From NCBI RefSeq assembly GCF_039654945.1, contig NW_027361738.1, forward strand, positions 82,398,001-82,462,000: a stretch of 64,000 nucleotides of DNA, written 5' to 3'. Source of the stretch: Dendrobates tinctorius. Taxonomy: Eukaryota. The translations under genes were made by a program, and so were the position numbers. This document shows, one piece after another, positions 37,650-49,854 of the stretch. The notes below the pieces were generated by a model. It was not told the DNA's origin, ran no database searches, and saw nothing but the letters and a program-made list of their open reading frames with translations. Numbering within the stretch: position 1 is the first letter of the stretch; the number at the start of each line of letters is the position of its first letter.

Positions 37650-40600
37650 GGCCCCACACAGTATGATGTTTCCATAGTCCCCCTGACACAGTATGATAGT
37701 TCTATAGTCCCCCTGACACAGTATGATGGTTCTATAGTCCCCCTGACACAGTATTAAGGTTCTATAGTCCCCCGACACAGTATGATGGTTCTATAGTCCC
37801 CCTGACACAGTATGAAGGTTCTATAGTCCCCCTGACACAGTATGAAGGTTCTATAGTTCCCCTGACACAGTATGATAGTTCTATAGTCCCCCCTTACACA
37901 GTATGAAGATTCTATAGTCCCCCTGACACAGTATGAAGGTTCTATAGTCCCCCTGACACAGTATGATGGTTCTATAGTCCCCCTGACACAGTATGATGGT
38001 TCTATAGTCCCCCTGACACAGTATGAAGGTTCTATAGTCCCCCTGACACAGTATGATGGTTTTATAGTCCCCCTGACACAGTATGATGGTTCTATAGTCC
38101 CCCTGACAAAGTATGAAGGTTCTATAGTCCCCCTGACACAGTATGATGGTTCTATAGTCCCCCTGACACAGTATGATGGTTCTATAGTCCCCCTGACACA
38201 GTATGATGGTTCTATAGTCCCCCTGACACAGTATGAAGGTTCTATAGTCCCCCTGACACAGTATGATGGTTCTATAGTCCCCCTGACACAGTATGATGGT
38301 TCTATAGTCCCCCTGACACAGTATGAAGGTTCTATAGTCCCCCTGACACAGTATGAAGGTTCTATAGTCCCCCTGACACAGTATGAAGGTTCTATAGTCT
38401 CCTGACACAGTATGAAGGTTCTATAGTCCCCCTGACACAGTATGAAGGTTCTATAGTCCCCCTGACACAGTATGATGGTTCTATATTCTCCCTGACACAG
38501 TATGAAGGTTCTATAGTCCCCCTGACACAGTATGATGGTTCTATAGCCCCGACACAGTATGAAGGTTCTATAGTCCCCCTGACACAGTATGATGGTTCTA
38601 GAGTCCCCTGACACAGTATGATGGTTCTATAGCCCCGACACAGTATGAAGGTTCTATAGTCCCCCTGACACAGTATGAAGGTTCTATAGTCCCCCTGACA
38701 CAGTATGATGGTTCTAGAGTCCCCTGACACAGTATGATGGTTCTATAGTCCCCCTCACACAGTATGATGGTTCTATAGTCCCCCTGACACAGTATGATAG
38801 TTCTATAGTCCCCCTGACACAGTATGATAGTTCTATAGTCCCCCTGACACAGTATGAAGGTTCTATAGTCCCCCGACACAGTATGATGGTTCTATAGTCC
38901 CCCTGACACAGTATGAAGGTTCTATAGTACCCCCTTACACAGTATGAAGGCTCATAAGTTCCCCACCCAATATGATGAGAGCCATAGCCTTACACTCTCT
39001 ATGACGCTCCTATAGCCCCGCCAACTCAGCTTTCTTCTCACCACCTACAGTATAATGACCCCCAACTAAATATGGTGCACCGATAGCCCTACAGTACACA
39101 CAATATGTCGACACTCACAGCCCTTCACACTGTATGATGATCCTAGAGCTCCAACCCTAACACACACAGTATTACGGCCCCCACAGTATGATGGTTTTAT
39201 AGTCCCCCTGACACAGTATGATGGTTCTATAGCCCCGACACAGTATGAAGGTTCTATAGTCCCCCTGACACAGTATGATGGTTCTAGAGTCCCCCTGACA
39301 CAGTGTGAAGGTTCTATAGTCTCCTGACACAGTATGAAGGTTCTATAGTCCCCCAGACACAGTATGAAGGTTCTATAGTCCCCCTGACACAGTATGATGG
39401 TTCTATAGTCTCCCTGACACAGTATGAAGGTTCTATAGTCCCCCTAACACAGTATGAAGGTTCTATAGTGCCCCTGACACAGTATGATGGTTCTATAGCC
39501 CCGACACAGTATGAAGGTTCTATAGTCCCCCTGACACAGTATGATGGTTCTAGAGTCCCCTGACACAGTATGATGGTTCTATAGCCCCCCTGACACAGTA
39601 TGAAGGTTCTATAGTCCCCCTGACACAGTATGATGGTTCTAGAGTCCCCTGACACAGTATGATGGTTCTATAGTCCCCCTGACACAGTATGAAGGTTCTA
39701 TAGTCACCCTGACACAGTATGATGGTTCTATATTCCCCCTGACACAGTATGAAGGTTCTATAGTCTCCTGACACAGTATGAAGGTTCTATAGTCCCCCTG
39801 ACACAGTATGATGGTTCTATAGTCCCCTGACACAGTATGAAGGTTCTATAGTCCCCCTGACACAGTATGAAGGTTCTATAGTCCCCCTGACACAGTATGA
39901 TGGTTCTATAGTCCCCCTGACACAGTATGAAGGTTCTATAGTCCCCCTGACACAGTATGAAGGTTCTATAGTCCCCCTGACACAGTATGATGGCTCATAA
40001 GTTCCCCACCCAATATGATGAGAGCCATAGCCTTACACTCTCTATGACACTCCTATAGCCCCGCCAACTCAGCATTCTTCTCCCCACCTACAGTATAATG
40101 ACCCCCAACTAAATATGGTGCACCGATAGCCCTACAGTACACACAATATGTCAACACTCACAGCCCTTCACACTGTATGATGATCCTAGAGCTCAACCCT
40201 AACACACACAGTATTACGGCCCCCACACAGTATGATGGTTTTATAGTCCCCCTGACACAGTATGATGGTTCTATAGCCCCCTGACACAGTATGAAGGTTC
40301 TATAGTCCCCCTGACACAGTATGATGGTTCTATAGTCCCCCTGACACAGTATGAAGGTTCTATAGTCCCCCTGACACAGTATGATGGTTCTATAGTCCCC
40401 CTGACACAGTATGAAGGTTCTATAGTCCCCCTGACACAGTATGATGGTTCTATAGTCCCCCTGACACAGTATGAAGGTTCTATAGTCCCCCTGACACAGT
40501 ATGAAGGTTCTATAGCCCCGACACAGTATGATGGTTCTAGAGCCCCCCTGACACAGTATGAAGGTTCTATAGTCCCCCTGACACAGTATGATGGTTCTAT

Positions 40601-42215
40601 AGTCCCCCTGACACAGTATGAAGGTTCTATAGTCCCCCTGACACAGTATGAAGGTTCTATAGTCCCCTTGACACAGTATGAAGGTTCTATAGCCCCCTGA
40701 CACAGTATGATGGTTCTAGAGCCCCCCTGACACAGTATGATGGTTCTAGAGTCCCCCTGACACAGTATGATGGTTCTAGAGTCCCCTGACACAGTATGAT
40801 GGTTCTATAGTCCCCCTGACACAGTATGATGGTTCTATAGTCCCCCTGACACAGTATGATGGTTCTATAGCCCCGACACAGTATGAAGGTTCTATAGTCC
40901 CCCTGACACAGTATGATGGTTCCCTGACACAGTATGATGGTTCTATAGTCCCCCTCACACAGTATGATGGTTCTATAGTCCCCTGACACAGTATGAAGTT
41001 TCTATAGTCCCCCTGACACAGTATGATGGTTCTATAGTCCCCCTGACACAGTATGATGGTTCTATAGCCCCCTGACACAGTATGATTGTTCTATAGTCCC
41101 CCTGACACAGTATGATGGTTCTATAGTCCCCGACACAGTATGAAGGTTCTATAGTCCCCCTGACACAGTATGAAGGTTCTATAGTCCCCTGACACAATAT
41201 GATGGTTCTATAGTCCCCCTGACACAGTATGATGGTTCTATAGTCCCCCTGACACAGTATGATGGTTCTATAGTCCCCCTGACACAGTATGATGGTTCTA
41301 TAGTCCCCCTGACACAGTATGATGGTTCTATAGTCCCCCTGACACAGTATGATGGTTCTATAGTCCCCCTGACACAGTATGATGGTTCTATATTCCCCCT
41401 GACACAGTATGATGGTTCTATAGTCCCCTGACACAGTATGATGGTTCTGTAGTCCCCTGACACAGTATGATGGTTCTATAGTCCCCCTGACACAGTATGA
41501 TGGTTCTATAGTCCCCCTGACACAGTATGATGGTTCTATAGTCCCCCTGACACAGTATGATGGTTCTATAGTCCCCCTGACACAGTATGATGGTTCTATA
41601 GTCCCCCTGACACAGTATGATGGTTCTATAGTCCCCCTGACACAGTATGATGGTTCTATAGTCCCCCTGACACAGTATGATGGTTCTATAGTCCCCCTGA
41701 CACAGTATGATGGTTCTATAGTCCCCCTGACACAGTATGATGGTTCTATAGTCCCCTGACACAGTATGATGGTTCCATAGTCCCCCTGACACAGTATGAA
41801 GGTTCTATAGTCCCCTGACACAGTATGAAGGTTCTATAGTCCCCCTGACACAGTATGATGGTTCTAGAGTCCCCTGACACAGTATGATGGTTCTATAGTC
41901 CCCCTGACACAGTATGATTGTTCTATAGTCCCTTGACACAGTATGAAGGTTCTATAGTCCCCCTGACACAGTATGATGGTTCTATAGTCCCCCTGACACA
42001 GTATGATTGTTCTATAGTCCCTTGACACAGTATGAAGGTTCTATAGTCCCCCTGACACAGTATGATGGTTCTATAGCCCCCCTGACACAGTATGATGGTT
42101 CTATAGCCCCCCTGACACAGTATGATGGTTCTATATTCCCCTGACACAGTATGATGGTTCTATAGTCCCCCTGACACAGTATGATGGTTCTATAGTCCCC
42201 CTGACACAGTATGGT
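37650..42215. repeat. Minisatellite array, 30-bp unit CCCTGACACAGTATGATGGTTCTATAGTCC, ~4.5 kb, with two ~230-bp spacer blocks (~38950-39180, ~39990-40225)
   Basis: Tandem units are directly visible. The spacer blocks repeat sequence at 28595-28755 + 30325-30360 + 37597-37660. Confidence 0.97.
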
Positions 42216-42339
42216 GCCATGCACACACATTCTCCCTCCCCCCACCTCTGTTCCTGATCTAATCTTATAAACTCATCTCTTTCACGTTACTCACATTCTC
42301 ATCCCTGTTCTCAACTGCACCCCAAGTCCAACGATTTCC

Positions 42340-42770
42340 CCCCGCTCTCTCCCCACAGAAACCTGGTTTCTTCTCCCATCATTCAACTGATACGACCTGC
42401 TAACTGCACACAATTATCAGTACTCCTCTTCCTACACCTGTCCTCCATATTTGACACAATGACCACTCCTTCCGTCTACCGTTCTTCTCATCCCTTGGCA
42501 TCTCAGACCTGACCCTTTCTTGGATACACTCATACCTTTCTAACCGCATATTTAGGATCTCCCATACTCACACTCTCTCTGTTGGTATCCCTCAAGGCTC
42601 TGTAATGGGATCTCCACTCTACTTTACCTATACTGTTGACCTTGGGCATCTCATAGTCCCGTGGCTTACATTACCACCAATATGATGACACTCAAATCTA
42701 CGTGTCTGTCCCAGATGTCACCTCTCTGTTGTCCAGAATCCCAGAATGTCTTTTTCTCATTCTGGTCTGT
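42340..42770 (+). mobile_element. Old L2/CR1-group LINE RT remnant
   Basis: Decayed coding motifs equivalent to DLS.AFDT (CTGTCCTCCATATTTGACAC), GVPQGSV.G (GGTATCCCTCAAGGCTCTGT) and DDTQ.Y (GATGACACTCAAATCTAC). Confidence 0.65.
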
Positions 42771-42789
42771 TCTGGTCTTTCCTGACTTC

Positions 42790-43570
42790 TCTTTTTGGAA
42801 GTCAGCATTGAGTCGCCTTGCCTCATTCAACCTGAACTCAGCTTGGCCTGTCTGACCAGTGATCTGGAGCATCTCCACAGCTAACCAATTCCCACCATTT
42901 ATTGGCTTCTTGTACGGTACATGCTTTTGAGTAGTTTCGGTGATGGTTCCTTTGATCTCTTGGACCCTTATTCTTCCTGAGAAGTTTGAACCTGTTACTC
43001 ACTTCAATTGCATGCTACACAAGGATCTTACTGCCATCAAACTTCTTCTACTTGGTTGATCTTGCATAGTCTGACCATGACTTTGGCTATAAGGAGTTGG
43101 TGATCAGACCCTCAGTTTGCACCTGGTTGTGTTTTTGCAGAAAAAAAATGATCCTTTCCATTATTGCTGGCAGAGGATGTAGTCGATCTGTTTGTGATGC
43201 TGTCCATTTGGGGATAGAGGTGGTTGGATGAAGAACGTGTTAGCGGTTCTAAGCTTGTTCTCAAGATAGAACTGCACAAGATAGTCCCCAGTTTTATTCC
43301 TCTCTTCTAGGCTGTGTCTCCTGACAACTCCTAAACTCCTACATCCTCTCCAACTTTGGCGTTGAGTCGCTCAGAATAGATTTGATGTCCTTTTCTGGGG
43401 CTCTGTTAAATACACTTGGGCATAGAAGTCTTCAATGTCCTGACTGACTCGTCTGCTGTTGATGCATAACCTTGGAGATTGGACATTACCCTATCATTGA
43501 TGCTGGGGGCTCTGTACACACTTTTCTCCCTTTTGATGCCTATGTAATAAATGGTGTAGTCGTCTTAGCT
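42790..43570 (-). mobile_element. RTE-like LINE endonuclease remnant
   Basis: Minus-strand fragments ANTFF, QIDYILC and SDHQLLIAK, typical of RTE-clade APE domains; many stops. Confidence 0.6.
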
Positions 43571-43897
43571 GAAGAAATAACAAAAACATTCTTGCCCAAA
43601 ATTCCGTTTTTACACTGTTAAGAAAAATTAACCAAATTGACCAGAGTGGGTTTTCATTCATTTTTTTATCTGATTAGCTGCCCATGAAAGTGGATGCATT
43701 TCTGTAATAAAAAGCTTTATTCAATTTTATTTTTAATTGTTTTTAAGAATTTATTATCACAGTAATATTGTTATTACTTTATTTTTCCATCCGAAAGGAA
43801 TTTTTTGCTGGGAAAATTGTCTGGAATTATTGGGTAAAACTCTTTTGCTAGCGGAAACATGAAAATGATCTGTCACTAGTATGGATTTTTCTGATGT

Positions 43898-46800
43898 TCA
43901 CGGAGATTCATTCTGCATGAAATTTAAGCTGCATTTATTACCTGAAAATGGCATAAATCCAGCGTGAATTCGTATATGACGATCGAGACTGATTTTCTGC
44001 GAAAAGCGCTTCCCACACTCTAAGCAACCATACAGCTTCTCCCCCGTGTGAGTTCTCTGATGTCGTAGAAGACCGACTTTATGTCTGAAACATTTTCCAC
44101 ACTCGGAACAAGAAAATGGCTTTTCACCGGTGTGAATTCTTCGGTGATCGACAAGACTGCGGTAATGTCTGAAACATTTTTCACACTCTGAACAAGAAAA
44201 TGGCTTCTCGCCGGTGTGAATTAGTTGGTGATCAAGAAGGCTGCGGTAATGTCGGAAACATTTTCCACACTCTGAACAAGAAAATGGCCTCTCGCCGGTG
44301 TGAATTCTTCGGTGATCAAAAAGACTGCGGTAATGGATGAAGTGTTTCCCACATTCGAAGCATGTTAGTGGCTTCTCCCCTGTGTGATTTTTCACATGTG
44401 TAGCAAGGCTTTTCTTACATGTAAAGCTTCTTTCACATTCAGGACATGGCCAGGTTTTCTTAGAAGTATAAATTGCATTTTTTGATATTAAATTTAGACT
44501 CTGGATGACGCGTCCATCGGATTTAGGATAAACAGTAGGAATATTGTCTGCAGTATCTGGTGGAGATCTCTGGTCTGGAAGACAATCTAAAGGAAAATCT
44601 GTTAAGTTCTGGATGACACAATTATTAGGTTCAGAATGAGAAAATATTCCATCACTTCTAGGAATACTATCCGAGGCATCAAGTGAAGGTCCCATGCATT
44701 CAGAAAAATCCAAGGACAAATCTGCAGAAAGAACAGTTGTGGTGGGAAAAGGGAGAACGTAGTTTTCTCCCTGGAATTCTTGAAGCATTTCTTCATGTTT
44801 CCACGTATGATCAGCCTTCATGATCAAACTATCTTCCTTGGTTTTCATGCTGTTGTGCTTTCCTGAAAATTAAAAATTAGATGGTGTAAAAAAAATGCAA
44901 ATCATTGGACACCAACAGCACCAACCTAAAAACTGTAGGATTCGTATCAATAGATGGTGAGTGGACTATTTTAATACATCTCTAAGCAACTTATGGCAGA
45001 TTTCAAAACCTTAGGAAAGAAATATGGTGAACAGGTTTAAAAATCCATGAGCAGAAAGTTTGAAGAGTAATTGGTGCAGAACTTTACCCAAAGTGGAGAG
45101 TTCGTCATCGTCCATCACCATGTCCTTGTACAGATTCTTGTGTCCTTCTACATAGTGCCACTCCTCCATGGAGAAATAAACCGTTATATCATCACATCGC
45201 AGAGGAACCTGCAAAAACAGAACGATAAAAAAACTCGAATGATGGATCAGGTTTTAAGTCCCTTTTCTATTTTTGTCCTCTATTATATATGGTCTTTTTT
45301 GTGCGTCATTCTTCAAAATGACGCACGTGGCTTGCAAATATCACGCAAAATGAAGGTGCTCTTTATTTCTGTCTTTTTTTTTTTTTGCAACTTTTTAGTA
45401 CAAAAAGTTACATGTTCTGATAAAATTTTGCACACATTTTTTGCGTACATAAAATCACACCAGGAAGGTGGGGGATAAGTGGAGCACATTTGTGCAAAAA
45501 TGTTATGACTTTTTAAAAAGTCAAAAATGATGAATTGGACAAAAACATCTGGAAATCCCAATGCCAAACAAAAAAAAAAAAAAACAACAAACATCTAAAA
45601 TAGAAGAAGAATAAGGCCGGGGTCACACTGGCGAGGAATACGGCCGAGAGAAAGGCGCTAAAAGCACGCATTACACACGGACCAATGATTCTCTATGGGG
45701 TCCCTCGCACCAGCCGTATATTTCTCATCCGTATTCTAGGCTCCGTGCCAATCACAGCATGCTGCGATTGTCAGCGTACTACGGCCGTAATACGCCAATG
45801 CAAGTCTATGGGTGCGCAAAAAATACGCATTACACACGGACCAGACGTGTGACTTGCGAGAAATACGCACCCGGTGTCTTTTAGCAAAGCCGGCAATTCA
45901 GTGCGCTATACAGTAAACTCACACTGACAGGTTTAATAAAGAAACGAATGACTAGATATATACACATAGAATACACACATATATATATATATATGTATAT
46001 AAATGCATTCTATGTGTCTATATCTATTCTTTGGTTTCTGATATAAACCCTGTCATAGGGCTCCATTATATGTCCATTTTGCAAGCCTGCGAGAAAATCT
46101 TGCCATACGGATGCCATACAGATTACATACAGATGCTGACATGCCCAAAATACGCGACCACACCTTGATTACGGATGACATACGGAGCACTGTTTAGGCA
46201 TCATTCATCCGTATTACGCATGTAAAATACTGACCGTATTTTGCGCAGGTTAGTGTGACTCCAGCCTTAGGAGAAAAATCAAAGCAAAATAAATAAAAAC
46301 AAAAGAAGAATAAGCAGAAAAAGAGGTGAAAAACACCAAAAACTAGATAAAAAAATACCATAATGATTTGGGCCCAATCACCACCTCTCAAGGTGGTCAA
46401 GTCTCGGAAACTCGAAAGTTATTCTTGACTTTGGAAAAGTTCTTTTTCTTACCTCTCCAGAAAGCAGCTGACTAATCCGGTTGGTAACTTGTAGAATCTT
46501 TTTATCGTAACTTTCCCTTTGCATCACGGAAGTTGGCTGAGTGGTCATGACGGATTCTTCTGATGTTTTCTTTACGACTATACAGTCCTGTATATCGGGT
46601 TATTAAAAGATGTACAAGTTATTAAAGAAAACCGGTCGTCAGGATTTAGTTAAGTAAACTAGAAAATAGAGAATTTGTCGAGTTGGCAGTGTTAAACTGA
46701 TTAAAATGATACCTGGGGTGAAGAAATCAGTCTTGTGTTTCTTGTGTAATCAGTGTTAGACGTTTTCAGTTCATAAGATGGCTGTGCTTTGGGACGGGAT

Positions 46801-47285
46801 GGAGTCTTATTTTCCTGCTCTAAGCCAGAGAAACTAAGAATAGACTTGCCCACAGGTCATCCCAAATCACATACAGTCTGTCTCTATGACGAGGAACATG
46901 TTTGTGCTTCGGAGCGGCCTATGGGCAGGTCTTTCCTTCGTTTCTCTGGCTTAGGGCAGGAAGATAAGACTCTGTCTACAGTCCTGCCCCAAAGCACGAG
47001 CATATCATGAACTGAAAACTTCTACCACGGATTATACAAGAACCACAAGATGGATTTCTTCACTCAAGTTATCATTTTAATCAGTTTAACAATGGCAACC
47101 TGACAATGCCTGTAGTTTACTTAGCTAAATGCTGCTGACAGGCTCGCTTTAAATACTGATGTAGGAAACAGTGGTAGCTTCATTGTCACATTCTCTGAAT
47201 CCCTCACCTCTCCGGTCAACAGGTAGATGATCTCCAAGGTTAGTTTTAGGATCTCCTGAGACAGGTGACCGTTGTCATCGTTCAT
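43898..47285 (-). CDS. Gene B: KRAB-like C2H2 zinc-finger protein, paralog of gene A; exons 47285-47208, 46587-46453, 45208-45088, 44862-43898; ~432 aa with 6 intact fingers
   Basis: Exon sizes 78/135/121 bp are identical to gene A. Translation [26 protein letters not shown]...[33 protein letters not shown]. In-frame GT-AG junctions (1299 nt); finger ORF 43898-44848. Confidence 0.88.
45615..46266. mobile_element. Harbinger-type MITE in gene B coding intron 2
   Basis: TAA-GGCCGGGGTCACACT...AGTGTGACTCCAGCC-TTA; absent from the paralogous 102-bp intron of gene A. Confidence 0.8.
46626..47148. mobile_element. TTAA-targeting fold-back MITE (T2/Kolobok-like) in gene B coding intron 1
   Basis: TTAA duplication (46622-46625, 47149-47152) and ~250-bp inverted arms. 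The empty paralogous site GTACAAGTTA-TAAA-ATACTGA is in gene A (~17430-17450). Confidence 0.88.
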
Positions 47286-47988
47286 CCTGAATGTTGGAAC
47301 TCTATGTTCGTGAAGATAAAGTCTGTGAATAAAACTTGTTTCCGTGTTGTAATGTGATAATAACTCTCATGCAAAAGAGGAAATATCCCTTGTTTGTTGT
47401 CCAGGAGGATGCTTCTTGGGATCCTTGTAAACAGAGGGAGGACAACAACAACAGGCGCCTCTGGTGGTCTCATACAACCCCCACATGAGCATCCTAAGGA
47501 AGATTGGGGCTGATCTTCAAAACATATTCCACAGAGACCATAGGCTGAAATAAATATTTTCAGAACTACACTTCTCTCCTACAAACAGCCCTCTAACTCA
47601 AGGAATCTCCTTTCCAGAAGTGTCCTCTTATCATCATCATCAGAGACGGGAACATTCCTCTGTAACAATAAAAAATGCAAAACTTGTACCCACATATTAC
47701 CAACAAATACAGTCCGCATACCCAACACAAATCACGACTATGAGATCATGGATTTCTCATGTACATCCTCCGATGTGGTGTACATGATACAATGTACAAG
47801 GTGCCCTGGAGGAACCGATATTGGGGAAACCAAGGCTGTGGAGTTGGAGTCAGTGTCCATTTTGGTGGACTTGGTATAAAATGGCTCAGAAGAATTTGGG
47901 AAGGTTATGAAATGTCCTATAAATGTATGTTCTGTTTCTCATCTAAGGATCGCTGCTTTTATTTGAGAAGAATCTGTGTTTCACTTTA

Positions 47989-49484
47989 CTGGTGCATCTC
48001 AGATAATTAGGATATCATGAAAAAGTTAACTTATTTCAGTTCTTTAGTAAAAAAAAGTGAAGCTCATTATATAGAGCGATTACACACAGACTGATCTATT
48101 TCACGTGTTTATTTCTGTTAATATTGATAATTTTGGCTTGCAGCCAGTGACAACCCAAAAGTCATTATCTCAGTAATTAGAATAAGTAACAAAAAAACAC
48201 CTGCAAAGGCTTCCTAAGTGTCTATAAAGGTCCCTTAGTCTGTTTCAGTAGCTCCACAATCATGGGAAAGACTGCTGACCTGACAGATGTCCAGAAGGCA
48301 GTCACTGACACTCCACAAGGAGGGGAAGCCACAAAAGATCATTGCTAAAGAAGCCGGCTGTTCACAGAGTGCTGTATCCAAGAATATTAATGGAAAGTTG
48401 AGTGGAAGGAAAAAGTGTGGTAGAAAAAGGTGCACAAGCAACCGGGATAACCACAGCCTGGAAAGGATTGTTAAGAAAAGGCCATTAAAACATTGGGGGG
48501 AGATTCACAAGGAGTGGACTGCTGCTGGAGTCATTCCTTCAAGAGCCGCCACACACAGATGTATCCAGGACATGGGCTACAAGTGTCGCATTCCTTGTGT
48601 CAGCCACTCATGACCAATAGACAACGCCAGAAGCGTCTTACCTGGGCCAAGGAGAAGAAGAACTGGACTGTTGTCAGTGGTCCAAGGTGTTGTTTTCAGA
48701 TGAAAGTAAATTTTGCATTTCATTTGGAAATCAAGGTCCCAGAGTCTGGAGGAAGAGTGGAGAGACCACAATCCAAGCTGCTGGAGGTCTAGTGTGAAGC
48801 CTCCACAGTCAGTGATGGTTTGGGGAGCCATGTCATCTGCTGGTGTAGGTCCACTGTGTTTTGTCAAGACCAAAGTCAGTGCAGCCGTCTACCAGGAAAT
48901 CTTAGCGCTCTTCATGCTTCCCTCTGCAGACAAGCTTTATGGAGACGGACATGTCATTCTCCAGCAGGACTTGGCCCCTGTCCACACTGCCAAAAGTACC
49001 AATACCTGGTGTACACACAACAGTATCACTGTGCTTGATTGACAGCAAACTTGCCTGCCCTTAACCCCATAGAGAATCTATGGAGTATTGTTAAGAGGAA
49101 GATGAGACACCAGACCCAACAATGCAGACGAGCTGAAGGCTGCTATCAAAGCAACCTGGGCTTCCATAACCCCTCAGCAGTGCCACAGGCTGATCGCCTC
49201 CATGCCACGCCGCATTGATGCAGTAATTGATGCAAAAGGAGCCCGACCAAGTACTGAGTGCATTTACTGATCATACATTTCAGTAGGACAACATTTCGGA
49301 TTTTAAAATCATTTTTCAAGCCGGTGTTATAAAGTATTCTAATTTACTGAGATAATGACTTTTGGGTTGTCATTAGCTGTAAGCCATAATCATCAACATT
49401 AACAGAAATAAACACGTGAAATAGATCACTCTGTGTGTAATGACGCTATAGAATATAGGAGATTCACTTTTTGTATTGAAGAAC
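47989..49484 (+). mobile_element. Tc1-family transposon, near full length, decayed transposase (48262-~49258), right TIR truncated
   Basis: TA-CTGGTGCATCTCAG.. long TIR. MGKTADLT start; fragments KPQKIIAKEAGCSQSAVSK, SVMVWGAMS and QQDLAPVH, with frameshifts and a stop. Confidence 0.9.
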
Positions 49485-49534
49485 CTTATTAAGGGGTTAA
49501 ACAGTGGTAAAGCTACCGTCACGGTGTAACACGG

Positions 49535-49780
49535 ACGATGTCACCTTCTCTTGTGTCGCTGGGTCCATCTCACAGTCAGAGATGAGACAGTGCTGCTGCA
49601 GGACCTTCCGGGGCTCAAGGACCTGTGGTGACACTATGAGCATGTGACCAATCACGTGAGCAGAGGGACGGGAAACCTAGATGACGTCACGGCCATGTGA
49701 TCCTTCGCTCTGCAGTGCAGTGGAGGGAGGCTGGTGGCTGGACGCTGGAGAGCGGCCTCTAGTGGAGAATTTAGGAAAGT
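49535..49780 (-). promoter_or_regulatory. Putative promoter/first non-coding exon region of gene B
   Basis: Homologous to 27425-27665. Contains CCAATCACGTG (CCAAT + E-box), TGACGTCA (CRE), CTCF-like CCACTAGAGGCCGC on minus, and a possible donor AAG|GTGAC near 49544. Confidence 0.55.
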
Positions 49781-49854
49781 ATGTAAATTATGTATTTTTT
49801 TTTATAATTTCCTTACATTTTAATTATAAAATGAGGAAGAGGATTCCTTGAAAT

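Noticed and set aside
37754-42245. Repetitive ORFs (GTIEPSYCVR / GDYRTIILCQ)
   Set aside because: Minisatellite translation artefacts.
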